A stretch of 64,000 nt of DNA from positions 270,133-334,132 of the forward strand of contig DASXVV010000006.1 in the NCBI GenBank assembly GCA_036504035.1, read 5' to 3'. The first letter of the stretch is position 1; each line of letters begins with the position of its first letter. Positions 33,108-43,031 of the stretch are shown here, piece after piece. Made by a program: the position numbers and the translations under genes. The notes under the pieces were generated by a model that was not told the origin of the DNA, did not search any database, and saw only the letters and a list, made by a program, of their open reading frames with translations. Source of the stretch: Candidatus Deferrimicrobiaceae bacterium. GTDB taxonomy: Bacteria > Desulfobacterota > Deferrimicrobia > Deferrimicrobiales > Deferrimicrobiaceae.

Positions 33108-33524
33108 TCACTGCGCCGAGGCCCAGAACGAGCAGACCCCCTCTGCGCACGGGTTCTTGAGGAATTCGCGGCATCGACCGGCCGTCGTGCGGCTTTTCGA
33201 CCCGTTGATGGACACCGTGATGGGATACTCCTCGGCAACCTCGCATTGCTCGATCAGCTTGCTGCCCGCCTTGGCGATGACGCTGACCATCATGACCAGC
33301 CCTGCCGACGGGTCGACGTAGTTCGGGATCTCGCCGACGGTGACGACGCCCCCCGCCTTGTCGAATTCGCCCGTGATGTCGAACCCGACCGAGGATGCAT
33401 CATCGGCCATCGCGGAGGAAACGGCCCCGAAATGCGTCGGGTCGCTCGCGCCGTAGGAAGGGACCGGGGACGTCATCAATGCGACGACCGCTGCAACCCC
33501 GAACGAAAACACCAGATGCCTCAT
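33108..33524 (-). CDS. Hypothetical secreted protein
   Basis: Signal peptide MRHLVFSFGVAAVVALMTSPVPSYGA; Cys-containing C-terminus. No family recognised. Confidence 0.45.
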   Translation of the reverse strand: MRHLVFSFGVAAVVALMTSPVPSYGASDPTHFGAVSSAMADDASSVGFDITGEFDKAGGVVTVGEIPNYVDPSAGLVMMVSVIAKAGSKLIEQCEVAEEYPITVSINGSKSRTTAGRCREFLKNPCAEGVCSFWASAQ

Positions 33525-33718
33525 TGCGCTCTCCTTTCGATGGGGATCCGGAATGGACGGGAATCAAACAGGAGAACTAGCAAGGACTATTCCGGGGAGG
33601 TGGCAGAAAAAACATCAATCATTCAAGTGAGTTATCCGGGGGCTGATCCGCCGGAGAAGAAATTTATGGAACCATCGGATAAATCATTGCCCTGATCCTC
33701 CTCCGGGCAATCCGGTCT

Positions 33719-35467
33719 TTACCGGAGAATCTCCCCCGCCGGCGCTGACCGGGCCTTCGCGTTCCCCGTGCGGATCCGCTGCGCCTCCCGGAAGCAGCGG
33801 TCGGCATCCGGGTTCCTCCCGAGCCGGCGAAACGCCACGCCCAGATTGAACCACGCATCTGGATATTCCGGGCGGAGCCGGATCGCCTCCCGAAGATTTT
33901 CGATGGCGGTTCCGACGCGACCGAGGGAATTGTTGCTCACCGCCAGGTTGTTCCATGCCTCGGCGCTTTCCGGATCGCGGCGCAACGCTTCTCGATAGAG
34001 GGAAACCGCCTCCGTAGATTCGCCCACCGATTCCAGGACCATCCCGAGATTGTTCCAGGAGCCGGGCTCGCGAGGATCGATGCGGATCGCTTCCCGAAAG
34101 AACCAGGCCGCCTTCCGGTAATCTCCCCGCGCCTCGTGGATCAGGCCGAGGTTGTTGCTCGCCAGCCAGTTGTCGCCCGTCACCGATCGCGTGTGTAGAT
34201 ACAGCCTTTCTCCGTCGCCCCAACGTGCGGCCTGACGCGCGGAAACCATCGATAGCGCCGCAATCAGGGCGATTCCGATGATCGCCCCGGCGATCCGGAG
34301 CGGGCTTTTTCCCGAAAACGGTTCCGACGCACCCCACGAGAACGCCACGAATAGCCCGATCATCGGCACATAGGCGTATCGATCCGCCATGGCCGCCTGC
34401 CCCACCTGGACGAGGCCGATAACCGGCAACATCGCGACAAGGTACCAAAGCCACCCCGACAGCCAGCAAGGCCGGGTCCGGCGAACGCGGACCGCGAGGG
34501 AGGTCAGACCCGCGAGCAGCGCCACCGATGCGGCGACCTGCCACGCCGGGATTTCCGGGGGAAGCGGGTAGTATGGCGCCAGGGCGGAAGGCCAGACGGC
34601 GTCCGACAGGTATTTCGCGTGGGAGACCAGCGCATTCGCGATCCGGTGCCCGAGAGGGACCATCCGCAGGGTGCGAAGCGCGCCCCCTTCCGACTGGGCG
34701 ACCAGGGTGACGGCGGAGGAGGCGATCGACAGCGCCAGCAGCGGCAGCTTCTCGGCCACGAGGCGGATCAGCCGGGAACGGGCCGCCCCGGCACCGGCGA
34801 CCTGTCCGGATCGAGCGTCAAGCCGCCCCAGTGGCCAGATGTCCAGCAGCAGGAGCAGCAGCGGCAGCGTTACGGGCATCGGCTTGCACATCAGTGCCAT
34901 GGCGAACAGGAGCGCCACCATCGCGTAGCGCCGGATCGAGCGGTCTGACGCATAGTGCGAATAAGCGCCGATCGTCAGCAGCAGGAAAAACGTGGAGAGA
35001 AGATTCTTTCGCTCGGCAATCCAGGCGACGGATTCGACGTTCAGCGGGTGGACGGCGAACAGTGCCGCTGCGAAAGCGCTTCGCCACACGGCGCCGGTCA
35101 TCCGGGAAAGACCGAAGAACAGGAGCAGGACGTTTGCGAGATGGAGGACGGCGTTGACGAGATGCTGCGGGCCGGGCGCGGCGCCGAACAGCGACACGTC
35201 GGCCATGTGCGACAGCCAGGTCAGCGGGTGCCAGTTCGCGGCTTGGAAGGTCGAGAAGGCCCAGGCGACGTTTCCGGCGGAAAGCCCCCCCAGCACGCGG
35301 CCGTTTTCGGAGACGTAATCGGGATCGTCGAGGTTGATGTACGGGTGTCCGCCGACCTGCCCGTAGACCCCGGCGACCAGCAGCGACAAGAGCAGGGCGA
35401 TCGCGAGGAAGCGTGCCCCGCGACCGCCCGCCCCGGCTTCGTCGACGGTCGGCGGCCCCTCGCTCAC
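33719..35467 (-). CDS. Membrane glycosyltransferase-like (GT39/PMT_2-type polytopic N-domain) protein with C-terminal TPR repeats
   Basis: ~11 TM helices (...NVESVAWIAERKNLLSTFFLL...), then 5-6 TPR units (WNNLGMVLESVGESTEAVSLYREALRRDPESAEAWNNLA...). GTG start overlaps the stop of the upstream small gene (GTGA). The remainder of the 1088-aa ORF is a GC-frame artefact. Confidence 0.6.
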   Translation of the reverse strand: MSEGPPTVDEAGAGGRGARFLAIALLLSLLVAGVYGQVGGHPYINLDDPDYVSENGRVLGGLSAGNVAWAFSTFQAANWHPLTWLSHMADVSLFGAAPGPQHLVNAVLHLANVLLLFFGLSRMTGAVWRSAFAAALFAVHPLNVESVAWIAERKNLLSTFFLLLTIGAYSHYASDRSIRRYAMVALLFAMALMCKPMPVTLPLLLLLLDIWPLGRLDARSGQVAGAGAARSRLIRLVAEKLPLLALSIASSAVTLVAQSEGGALRTLRMVPLGHRIANALVSHAKYLSDAVWPSALAPYYPLPPEIPAWQVAASVALLAGLTSLAVRVRRTRPCWLSGWLWYLVAMLPVIGLVQVGQAAMADRYAYVPMIGLFVAFSWGASEPFSGKSPLRIAGAIIGIALIAALSMVSARQAARWGDGERLYLHTRSVTGDNWLASNNLGLIHEARGDYRKAAWFFREAIRIDPREPGSWNNLGMVLESVGESTEAVSLYREALRRDPESAEAWNNLAVSNNSLGRVGTAIENLREAIRLRPEYPDAWFNLGVAFRRLGRNPDADRCFREAQRIRTGNAKARSAPAGEILR

Positions 35468-35955
35468 TTCGGGAGAGGCGTCCCTGCGTCCCGCTCCCGG
35501 AACAGGAAGGGAACCGCCTTGCCGGTCGCGCCGGCGCGGACGAGGTAGACCCATCCCTTGGACGGCCCCTTTATGCCGAAATCGGGAACAATCGCGCGCA
35601 GCCCGCCCGAGCCATCGGGGTTCGCTGCGGCCTTGATGTCCCTCCCCTTCAGGAGGAAGCGGATCTCGTCGGGCTGCGCGGACCCGGCCGCCGTCGCCGG
35701 CACGACGGTAACGACTTGGCCCGGACGCCCTTCGGCGACGCTCAGTCGCGCGATCGGCGGCCCGGTCGCGGCGGCCACGGGCGGGCCGCCTACGTCCTTG
35801 CACCGGTCGACAGCCACCCCCTTGAACATCTCCCGCATCGACCGGCCGATCCCCTCGTCCCGGGCAGGCAGTTCGGCCATCGCAGGCGTCGAAAGGATGG
35901 CGGCGGCGACCGTCCAGGCCACCCGCCGCGCCGCGGCTCCCGACATCGTCCTCAT
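35464..35955 (-). CDS. Small secreted hypothetical protein (163 aa)
   Basis: Signal peptide MRTMSGAAARRVAWTVAAAILSTPAMA. Sits between the aminopeptidase and the TPR gene in a different frame from the overlapping long ORF; its stop is coupled to the downstream GTG start. Confidence 0.45.
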   Translation of the reverse strand: MRTMSGAAARRVAWTVAAAILSTPAMAELPARDEGIGRSMREMFKGVAVDRCKDVGGPPVAAATGPPIARLSVAEGRPGQVVTVVPATAAGSAQPDEIRFLLKGRDIKAAANPDGSGGLRAIVPDFGIKGPSKGWVYLVRAGATGKAVPFLFRERDAGTPLPK

Positions 35956-35979
35956 CTTCCGCTCCCCGTTCGCCCCGGC

Positions 35980-37074
35980 CTATTTCCGCATGCCGGCGGG
36001 ACGCTTCCCGAACAGGACGCCCGCGCGCAGCACCGGCTTCCCGTCGAGGTAGACTTCGCCTTCCTTGCGCAGGTCCTTGATCATGTCCCAATGGATCGCC
36101 GAGTCGTTCTTCCCGCCCGATTCGGCGTAGGAACGCCCGACCGCCAGGTGGATCGTGCCGCCCATCTTCTCGTCGAGCAGGATGTCGCGCGTGAAGTCGG
36201 TGACGCCCGCGTTGCAGCCGATGCCCCACTCGCCCAGGACCCGCGCCCCGGGATCGGCGTCGAGCATCTCGAGCAGGTACGCCTCGTTCTTCTCGGCCGA
36301 CGCCGCGATCACGCGCCCTTTCTTGAACGTCAGCCGGACGCCCGCCACCTCGCGCCCGCCCGCGATCGCCGGGAACTCGTAGTAGATCTTCCCCTCGGTA
36401 GAGTTCTCGACCGGCGCCGTGAAAATCTCGCCGTCGGGCATGTTGAAGTCGCCCGCGCACGGGATCGCCGTGCGTCCCTTGATCGAGAACGAGAGGTCGG
36501 TCTCCTTGCCCACGATGCGCACCTGCGACGACTTGTCGAGGATCTTCTTCGCGCCGGCGAGCATCTTCGCCATCGCCGCCCAGTCCTGCTCGACCGCCTT
36601 GTAGTACAGCTTCTCGTAGTCGGGCAGCGACCGGTCGGTCTCCTGCGCGAGCGACTCGGTCGGGAAGTTGGTCAGGCACCAGCGTACGCGCTTCATCAGG
36701 ATCTCGGATATCGGCTTGACCGCCTTCCGCCGCCGCGCCATCGCCTTCGGCGCCACGTTGCTCAGGTGCCGCGTGTTTCCCGGCGCCAGGATGATGATGT
36801 CGGCGTCGATCGCCTTCGCCTCGTTGAGCTTGGTCGGCGGCAGGTGGTCGAGTTGCGCCTCGGACGCCTCCTCGTAGAAGATGCGCCCCGCGTCCTCGAA
36901 GCCGATCGCCCAGAGCGGATTCGCCCCGGCCTTCAGGATCTCGCGGTAGACCTCGAGCGCAAGCGGCTTGCCGAGCTCGCCGCACGAGATGCGGACGGTC
37001 TCACCCTTCTTCGCCTTGACCGATTGCCGAACGAGGATCTGCGCCAGCTTGCTGATCTGCTTTTCGGAACCCAT
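35980..37074 (-). CDS. M29-family aminopeptidase (AmpS/PepS-like)
   Basis: 364 aa; MGSEKQISKLAQILVRQSVKAKKGETVRIS...HLAVGRSY..., typical of the thermophilic-metalloprotease M29 family. Confidence 0.75.
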   Translation of the reverse strand: MGSEKQISKLAQILVRQSVKAKKGETVRISCGELGKPLALEVYREILKAGANPLWAIGFEDAGRIFYEEASEAQLDHLPPTKLNEAKAIDADIIILAPGNTRHLSNVAPKAMARRRKAVKPISEILMKRVRWCLTNFPTESLAQETDRSLPDYEKLYYKAVEQDWAAMAKMLAGAKKILDKSSQVRIVGKETDLSFSIKGRTAIPCAGDFNMPDGEIFTAPVENSTEGKIYYEFPAIAGGREVAGVRLTFKKGRVIAASAEKNEAYLLEMLDADPGARVLGEWGIGCNAGVTDFTRDILLDEKMGGTIHLAVGRSYAESGGKNDSAIHWDMIKDLRKEGEVYLDGKPVLRAGVLFGKRPAGMRK

Positions 37075-37122
37075 GTGTAGACCTCCCGGAATTGTCGATA
37101 AATAACAATCGTCCTTCGAATA

Positions 37123-38208
37123 TTACCCCGATCCTGAAGAAGCAAGACCCGCTCCGAAAAGCTCCCGGAACGCGGACGCCTTGATCGCCGCGTAGATCGG
37201 CTGCCCAGGCCGGAGGTCGAGCTCCTCCGACGTCTCGCGCGACACCTCGGCCACCAGCCGCTCGCCCCCGCACGAAAGCCCGACGCCGGTCCGGGTGCCC
37301 AGGTCGTGGAGCCGCTCGATCCGGCAGGGCAGCAGGTTGCGCGCGCTGATCGCGCCGGGGTGCTCTCGGATCAGGATGATGTCGCGGGCGGAAAGCACGA
37401 AGACCGTCTCGCCGGGCTTCCCCTCGCCGGAAATCACCAGCCCGGTCCCGCCCCACGGATAGACCGACAGGCCGTTCCGCCGCGACGGGTTCACCAGGCG
37501 GAGCAGGTTGACGTAGGCACCGCCGACCCCCATCCGCCCGATCGCGAGCGCTTCGGCGCTCGACATTTCCGCGATGCGCCCTGCCTCGACGACGGCAACC
37601 TGCCCGGCCATCAGCCGCATCTCGAGCAGCGCGTGGGAGATGAACAGGAACGGGACGCCGAAACCGTCGAACGTTTTCCGCAGGAACGGGATGACCCGGT
37701 ATTTCAGCGCGTCGTCAAGACCGGACAAAGGTTCATCGAGCAGAATCAGGCGAGGGTTCGACAGCAACGCCCGCCCCAGCGCCACGCGCTGACGCTCGCC
37801 GCCGGACAGGTTGCCCACGCTTCTCCCCAGCAGGTCGGACAGCCCGAGCGCATCGGCCACAGGTTCGAGCGCGATCCGGCGTTCGGCCTTCGGGCAACGC
37901 CGGTATCCGTAGAGCAGGTTCGCCCGGACGTCGAGGTGCGGGAAGAGGTGCGCGTTCTGGAAGACGACCGCGATCCGCCGGCGCTCCGGGGGAATGTCGA
38001 TGCCTGCCTCGCGGTCGAACAGCACCGTTCCGTCGAGGACGATCCGCCCCGAATCGGGCGTGACGAGTCCCGATAGCGCGCCGACGAGCGTCGATTTCCC
38101 GCTGCCGGAGGGGCCGAACAGGCCGATCCGCTCGCCCTCGACCGAGAGCGCGGCGTCCAGCGTGAAGTTCCCGAGTCGCTTCCTGCAGGCCAGTTCGAGG
38201 CGCATGCG
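37123..38208 (-). CDS. modC: Molybdate ABC transporter ATP-binding protein with a C-terminal TOBE domain
   Basis: GPSGSGKST Walker A, LSGGERQRVALGRAL signature, and a TOBE/Mop domain. It follows modB. Confidence 0.75.
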   Translation of the reverse strand, partial: RMRLELACRKRLGNFTLDAALSVEGERIGLFGPSGSGKSTLVGALSGLVTPDSGRIVLDGTVLFDREAGIDIPPERRRIAVVFQNAHLFPHLDVRANLLYGYRRCPKAERRIALEPVADALGLSDLLGRSVGNLSGGERQRVALGRALLSNPRLILLDEPLSGLDDALKYRVIPFLRKTFDGFGVPFLFISHALLEMRLMAGQVAVVEAGRIAEMSSAEALAIGRMGVGGAYVNLLRLVNPSRRNGLSVYPWGGTGLVISGEGKPGETVFVLSARDIILIREHPGAISARNLLPCRIERLHDLGTRTGVGLSCGGERLVAEVSRETSEELDLRPGQPIYAAIKASAFRELFGAGLASSGSG

Positions 38209-38209
38209 G

Positions 38210-38887
38210 CTAGCCCTCGCGCCCGGCGCGGCGGGCGATCCACTCGTGCGCGAACAACACCCCGACCGAGATCGCGACGGAGACCACGCAAAGCGCCCCG
38301 GCGGAACCCTCTCCGCCCGGCGATGCCGCATAGTCGTAGATCGCCAGGGGAAGCGTCTGCGTCACCCCGGGAATGTTGCCCGCCACCAGTACCGTCGCGC
38401 CGAACTCTCCGAGGCTGCGTGCGAACATGAGCGCAGCGCCGGCCAGGATGCCGCGGATCGACAGCGGGACGACCACGGAGAAAAGCGCGTCGAGGCGGGT
38501 CGCCCCCAGCGTGCGAGCCGTGCGCGGCAGCGCCGGGTCGATCGATTCCATCGAGAGGCGGATCGCCCGGACAAGGAGCGGGAAGCCGACGACCATCGAG
38601 GCGATGACGGCCGCCCTCCAGGTGAAGATCAGGCGAAAACCCAGCTTCCGGAACAGCGGACCGAGCGGCCCGCTTTCCCCGAGCAGCAGGAGCAGCAGGT
38701 AGCCGACGACCACCGGTGGGAGCGTCAGCGGCAAGTTGACGAACACCTCTACGATCGTCTTCCCGCGGAACTTTCCGTAGGCGAGCAGGGCAGCCGCGCC
38801 AAAGCCAAGGGGGAGCGACAACAGCGTCGCGGCGGCGCCGACTTTCAGCGACAGCAGGATGGCTTCGTAATCGGACGGAGCGAGCAT
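38210..38887 (-). CDS. modB: Molybdate ABC transporter permease
   Basis: 225 aa, 5 TMS, with the ABC-permease EAA-like loop (ARTLGATRLDALFSVVVPL). Confidence 0.8.
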   Translation of the reverse strand: MLAPSDYEAILLSLKVGAAATLLSLPLGFGAAALLAYGKFRGKTIVEVFVNLPLTLPPVVVGYLLLLLLGESGPLGPLFRKLGFRLIFTWRAAVIASMVVGFPLLVRAIRLSMESIDPALPRTARTLGATRLDALFSVVVPLSIRGILAGAALMFARSLGEFGATVLVAGNIPGVTQTLPLAIYDYAASPGGEGSAGALCVVSVAISVGVLFAHEWIARRAGREG

Positions 38888-38910
38888 CTAGTCGACCTCT
38901 GCGCGTACTT

Positions 38911-39666
38911 TCAACGGATGACGAATCCCTGCTTTTCGAGCACCGCCTTCGCCGCATCGGAGCGCAGGAACGCGAAGAACGCCAAGGCATCCGGCTTCTT
39001 CGCCCCGGAAACGGTCAATGCGCACGGATAGGTGACGCGATCGTACAATTCCTGCGGCACGACGAAGAGGACCTTGAGCACCTTCGACCGGATCGCATCC
39101 GTGCGGTAGACGAAGGCGCCGTCCACCTCGCCCCGCTCGGCATAAAGCATCGCCTCGCGGACGTCGCGCGCCATGACCAGCTTCTTTACCATCGGCCCCG
39201 CGATCCCGGATTTGTTCATCGCCTGGACCGCGTATTCTCCGGCGGGAACGCTCTTCGGGCTGCCGATCGCGACCCGCGCCAGCCCCGGGAGATCCTTCAT
39301 CCCGCCCGCCCGGACGCCTTCCTTGCCGGCAAACACCAAGACGTTGTGCGCCAGCGTCCCGATGCTCCCGGGATCGATTGCCTTTTCCCTTTGCAGCTCA
39401 TCCATCCACTCACGGTTCGCCGACAGGAAGAGGTCGGCGGGAGCACCGGCTTCGATCTGCTTCGCGAGCGCTCCCGACGCGCCGAAATTGCGGACGCACT
39501 TGACGCCGAGGTGCGCCATCTCGTACCGGTCGGCGAGCACGTTCACGACTTCCTTCAGGCTGGCTGCCGCCGACACGTAGATTTGCCCCGCCCGGACGGC
39601 CGTTGGCAGCAGGGCGAGAGCGAAAATTAACACGGCTGCCCCGAGCAGTTTTACCGACATGGTCAT
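38911..39666 (-). CDS. modA: Molybdate ABC transporter periplasmic substrate-binding protein
   Basis: Signal peptide MTMSVKLLGAAVLIFALALLPTAVRA, then IYVSAAASLKEV...DLFLSAN, matching the ModA pattern. Confidence 0.75.
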   Translation of the reverse strand: MTMSVKLLGAAVLIFALALLPTAVRAGQIYVSAAASLKEVVNVLADRYEMAHLGVKCVRNFGASGALAKQIEAGAPADLFLSANREWMDELQREKAIDPGSIGTLAHNVLVFAGKEGVRAGGMKDLPGLARVAIGSPKSVPAGEYAVQAMNKSGIAGPMVKKLVMARDVREAMLYAERGEVDGAFVYRTDAIRSKVLKVLFVVPQELYDRVTYPCALTVSGAKKPDALAFFAFLRSDAAKAVLEKQGFVIR

Positions 39667-40028
39667 CTCCGGCCGTCGACCTGTTCCATTGCGTTTACTA
39701 TATAACGCGCCCCGGCTATGTCGGAAAGGCATGTTCCCGCAATGCGGTACGGATATAATCGGGCAAGGACTTTTCCCGAAAGGAGGTGATCCTCATGCCG
39801 GATTCTTCGCTTTTCCCCCGCCGCATCCGTTGACGCGACGGACGATCCGCCGGTCGGCGGAATCAGAACATGACAGGGAACGGCGACGGCTGGGCCGGAA
39901 GGGGGATCGCCTCATTCGCGCAGGATCGCCCGTCAGCGCGTCATTGACAACGCCAGCCTCTTCCGCCCCACCCACCGCCGTCTCCCTGGATGCACCCCCG
40001 CAACGTCCAAATGGGAGGTATCCACGCA

Positions 40029-40370
40029 ATGGACCGCAACACTGCAATCCTGTTCACACGCAACGGGCTCGGCGATGCGCCACCCGAGCTCCGGCGCCTG
40101 CTCGTCACCAACTTCGCCGGACTTCTGGCCAGGGAGGAGACACCGCCGGGCAAGCTGCTCTTCTACGGCGAAGGGGTGAAGCTCGCCTGCACCGGCTCGC
40201 CGGTCCTCGACGCGCTCCGGCAACTGTCGGAGCGGGGCACGGATCTGTTCCTTTGCCGCACCTGCCTCGACTATTTCGGCCTGCTCTCGAAGGTGGAAGC
40301 GGGCGAGATCAAGGGCATGCCCGACATCCTCGCCGCGATCGCCGCGGCAAGCAAAGTCGTCAGCGTATGA
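40029..40370 (+). CDS. DsrE/DsrF-like (YchN-fold) family protein
   Basis: MDRNTAILFTRNGLG...LFLCRTCLDY..., the small DsrE-like fold with a conserved Cys. Confidence 0.45.
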   Translation: MDRNTAILFTRNGLGDAPPELRRLLVTNFAGLLAREETPPGKLLFYGEGVKLACTGSPVLDALRQLSERGTDLFLCRTCLDYFGLLSKVEAGEIKGMPDILAAIAAASKVVSV

Positions 40371-40519
40371 CGATGACGCCCCGAAGACGCATCGCCCTGT
40401 TCGCCGGTACCCTGTCCGCGGCGGTCGCGCTCGTCGTCTTCGGGATCTTCCACGACGAGATGGGCGAGGTCATGTTCAATGCCTGCATGCTGTGTCTGTC
40501 GTGCATCGGGATGGGGTGA
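40367..40519 (+). CDS. Putative 50-aa membrane peptide with a C-terminal Cys cluster
   Basis: MTMTPRRRIALFAGTLSAAVALVVFGIFHDEMGEVMFNACMLCLSCIGMG. Its ATG overlaps the DsrE-like stop (ATGA). Below the ORF-track size cutoff. Confidence 0.25.
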   Translation: MTMTPRRRIALFAGTLSAAVALVVFGIFHDEMGEVMFNACMLCLSCIGMG

Positions 40520-40576
40520 GGAAAGGGAGCGCCCGAGGGACGGCCGATGCCGTCCCCGGGCGCTTCCGGAAGGTGA

Positions 40577-42274
40577 CTACAGCCCGTCGACGTCCTTATC
40601 GATCGGGTATTCGACCGCGAACGTAAGCGTCAGCGTCTTCTTTTCGCCCGCCGCGAGCGGCAGCTCCCAGCGCACTTCGCCCGCCTCCTTGCCGCCGATC
40701 TTCGCCCCCGGCGCCTCGACGTCCTTGATCTCGATCTCCCTGGAATGCGCCACGGGGATCCGGTCGAGCATCGTCAGCGTCGCCGGCTCCTTCCGGAAGT
40801 TCGTCACGGTGTACTCGTAGCGGTATCGGATGCGCTTGAAGCGGCCGAAGACGCCCCCCTCGTCCTTCTGGCGCAGCGTCTCCTTCCGGATCGCCTGGAG
40901 CGACGGATCCTTGCCGAAGCCGATGCGGAACGCCGCACCCTCGGGCACCTCGGCCGGGCGGCCCGACGCGTCGGTGACGAAGCCGCTGCCGATGAAGGCG
41001 TCCTCGAGGAAGAGCGCGGCCGGGGCGGAAATCAGGGGAAGGCCGGTCCCGTTGGTCCCTTCCGCGGTGACGAAGGCGCCGTCGGCGACCTTCGGGATCG
41101 AGAGCCACGAGACGGATGCCTGCTGCTCGCGTTTCGCCAGCAGGAACGACTTCTTCTCGCCGCTGCCGGGAAGCGCCTGGGGCCCGTCGAGCGTCACCTC
41201 GAACGAGGCGAAGCGACGCAACGGCGACGGCACGGGCGGCGGAGGCGGCTCGGCCCCCGCCATATCATTCAGCTCATCGAGTGCCTTCCCACGACCGGCC
41301 GCCATGGAGGCCATCGGCCGGGCCGACTTCTCGAGCTTCATCATGGCGCGCGGCGGCTCGGGGGGCGCCTTGAAGTCGATCTCCCAGGGCGGCAGCGGCG
41401 GAAGTTGCGCCATCCGGCCGGGACGAACGGTCGAAACCTTCATCGCCGCATCGACCCAGTCCTCGCCCGTTCGCTGCCAGGCGTCGCCCGCCAGCTCGAA
41501 CGCCAGCGCGCCCGAGCCGGGCGAGAGGCGAACGTTGTATCGCGGTGCAAAGCCCGCACCCGTGGTCAGGTAGGTGAGCGCAACCTTGCACGAAGCTGAG
41601 CGGGAAAGCTGGATCGTGATCTTCTTCTGCCGCAGCGGCTCGGGGTTGCGCACCTTGTCGAGCTCCTGCTGCGCGGCGACAATCTCCCGGTCGAGCGTGC
41701 GAATCTCCTGCTCCCGCTTGAGCAGCGCCCCGTCGATCGAATCGACGCGGCCCCGGAACAGGGCGAGCGCGGCCTCGATCTCGGCCGGCGTCAGCCGCGA
41801 CGGGCGTGCCTTGTCTTTGGGTGTCGCATCTCCCGGCTCGCCCCGGTAGACCGCCTGGATCCCCTGGTCGAGCAGCTCCTGCTCGCGGCGGCTCGCCCGG
41901 ATCGCGCCCTCCGCTACCCGCTTCGCGTCGTTGAGCGCCTCGATCTTCTTTTCGAGGTCGCGCACCTTTTCGACCGCAGGCTCGGTGCGGAAGGTGTCCT
42001 CGACGGAGAAGCCGACGATCGTCGCCTGTCCGGCCGTCACCTTGGCCGCAAGCGAGGCGGGCTGAAGACCGGCCGGAAGCCCCTCGAGCACCACGACCGA
42101 CGACGGCGGGTCGACCGGGATCGTCCGGGTCACCTCCGCCATGTCGGGATAGAGGATCGCCTGCGTCACCTTCGACGGGTAGACCTCGGCGCGGGCGGCG
42201 AAGGCCGGCATGCTCGCCAGGAACGGAATCGCCAGGATAATGAACGCGGGAACGCGGACCGGGAATCTTCGCAT
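40577..42274 (-). CDS. DUF4139/DUF4140-family secreted protein (mucoidy-inhibitor MuiA-like)
   Basis: Signal peptide MRRFPVRVPAFIILAIPFLASMPAFAA; an internal coiled coil (EKVRDLEKKIEALNDAKRV...); DUF4139-like architecture. Confidence 0.6.
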   Translation of the reverse strand: MRRFPVRVPAFIILAIPFLASMPAFAARAEVYPSKVTQAILYPDMAEVTRTIPVDPPSSVVVLEGLPAGLQPASLAAKVTAGQATIVGFSVEDTFRTEPAVEKVRDLEKKIEALNDAKRVAEGAIRASRREQELLDQGIQAVYRGEPGDATPKDKARPSRLTPAEIEAALALFRGRVDSIDGALLKREQEIRTLDREIVAAQQELDKVRNPEPLRQKKITIQLSRSASCKVALTYLTTGAGFAPRYNVRLSPGSGALAFELAGDAWQRTGEDWVDAAMKVSTVRPGRMAQLPPLPPWEIDFKAPPEPPRAMMKLEKSARPMASMAAGRGKALDELNDMAGAEPPPPPVPSPLRRFASFEVTLDGPQALPGSGEKKSFLLAKREQQASVSWLSIPKVADGAFVTAEGTNGTGLPLISAPAALFLEDAFIGSGFVTDASGRPAEVPEGAAFRIGFGKDPSLQAIRKETLRQKDEGGVFGRFKRIRYRYEYTVTNFRKEPATLTMLDRIPVAHSREIEIKDVEAPGAKIGGKEAGEVRWELPLAAGEKKTLTLTFAVEYPIDKDVDGL

Positions 42275-42291
42275 CGTGCCCCTCCGGATCT

Positions 42292-43026
42292 TCAGATGTC
42301 GGACCATTCGCACAGGACGACCGTGACGTTGTCGCTTCCGCCCCGCTCGTTGGCGAGCGCGACCAGCCGGGCGACCTTTTGTTCGGGGGTGCCCGGGGCC
42401 GCCAGGACCGATTCGATCCCGGCGTCGTCGACCATGTCGACGAGCCCGTCGGAACAGAGCAGCAGCGCTTCCCCCGCACCCAGCGCTCCCCCGGAGATGT
42501 CCGGCTCGGCGCCCTCCGCCGTGCCCACGGCCCGGGAGATCATGTGGCGCAGGGGATGGTTGCGGGCCGCTTCCTCGGTGAGGAGGCCGGCGTCGATCTG
42601 GTCCTGGACGGGGGAGTGGTCCCGCGTGATCCGCCGGAGGCGCCCCCCGGCGAACAGATAGGTCCGGCTGTCGCCCACGTGTCCCACGACGAAGCGGTTC
42701 CGGATGAACATCGCCACCTCGGCGGTGCACCCCATCCCCGCTCGGCCGGCATCCTCGAGCGCGACGGCCAGGATCGCCTGATTGGCTTCCCGGAAGACCC
42801 CACGGATCAACTCGGCCGCCTCCGTCTCGGAGGCGGGGCCGCCCGCGGCGGCGGCGCGGCAGGCCGCCTCGACGAAGATCGCGCTGGCGACTTCCCCCAT
42901 CTCGGCGCCCCCGATGCCGTCGGCGACGGCGAAGACGCCGGTTTCGGGCAAGAGGGCGAAGGCGTCCTCGTTGTTCGTCCGGCGAAGGCCCACATCGGTT
43001 ATTCCGGACACGGAAAGGGGAGACAT
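42292..43026 (-). CDS. PP2C-family Ser/Thr protein phosphatase
   Basis: GITDVGLRRTNNEDAF...AVADGIGG...GGSDNVTVV, the PP2C metal-binding motifs; 244 aa. Confidence 0.75.
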   Translation of the reverse strand: MSPLSVSGITDVGLRRTNNEDAFALLPETGVFAVADGIGGAEMGEVASAIFVEAACRAAAAGGPASETEAAELIRGVFREANQAILAVALEDAGRAGMGCTAEVAMFIRNRFVVGHVGDSRTYLFAGGRLRRITRDHSPVQDQIDAGLLTEEAARNHPLRHMISRAVGTAEGAEPDISGGALGAGEALLLCSDGLVDMVDDAGIESVLAAPGTPEQKVARLVALANERGGSDNVTVVLCEWSDI

Positions 43027-43031
43027 GCGGA

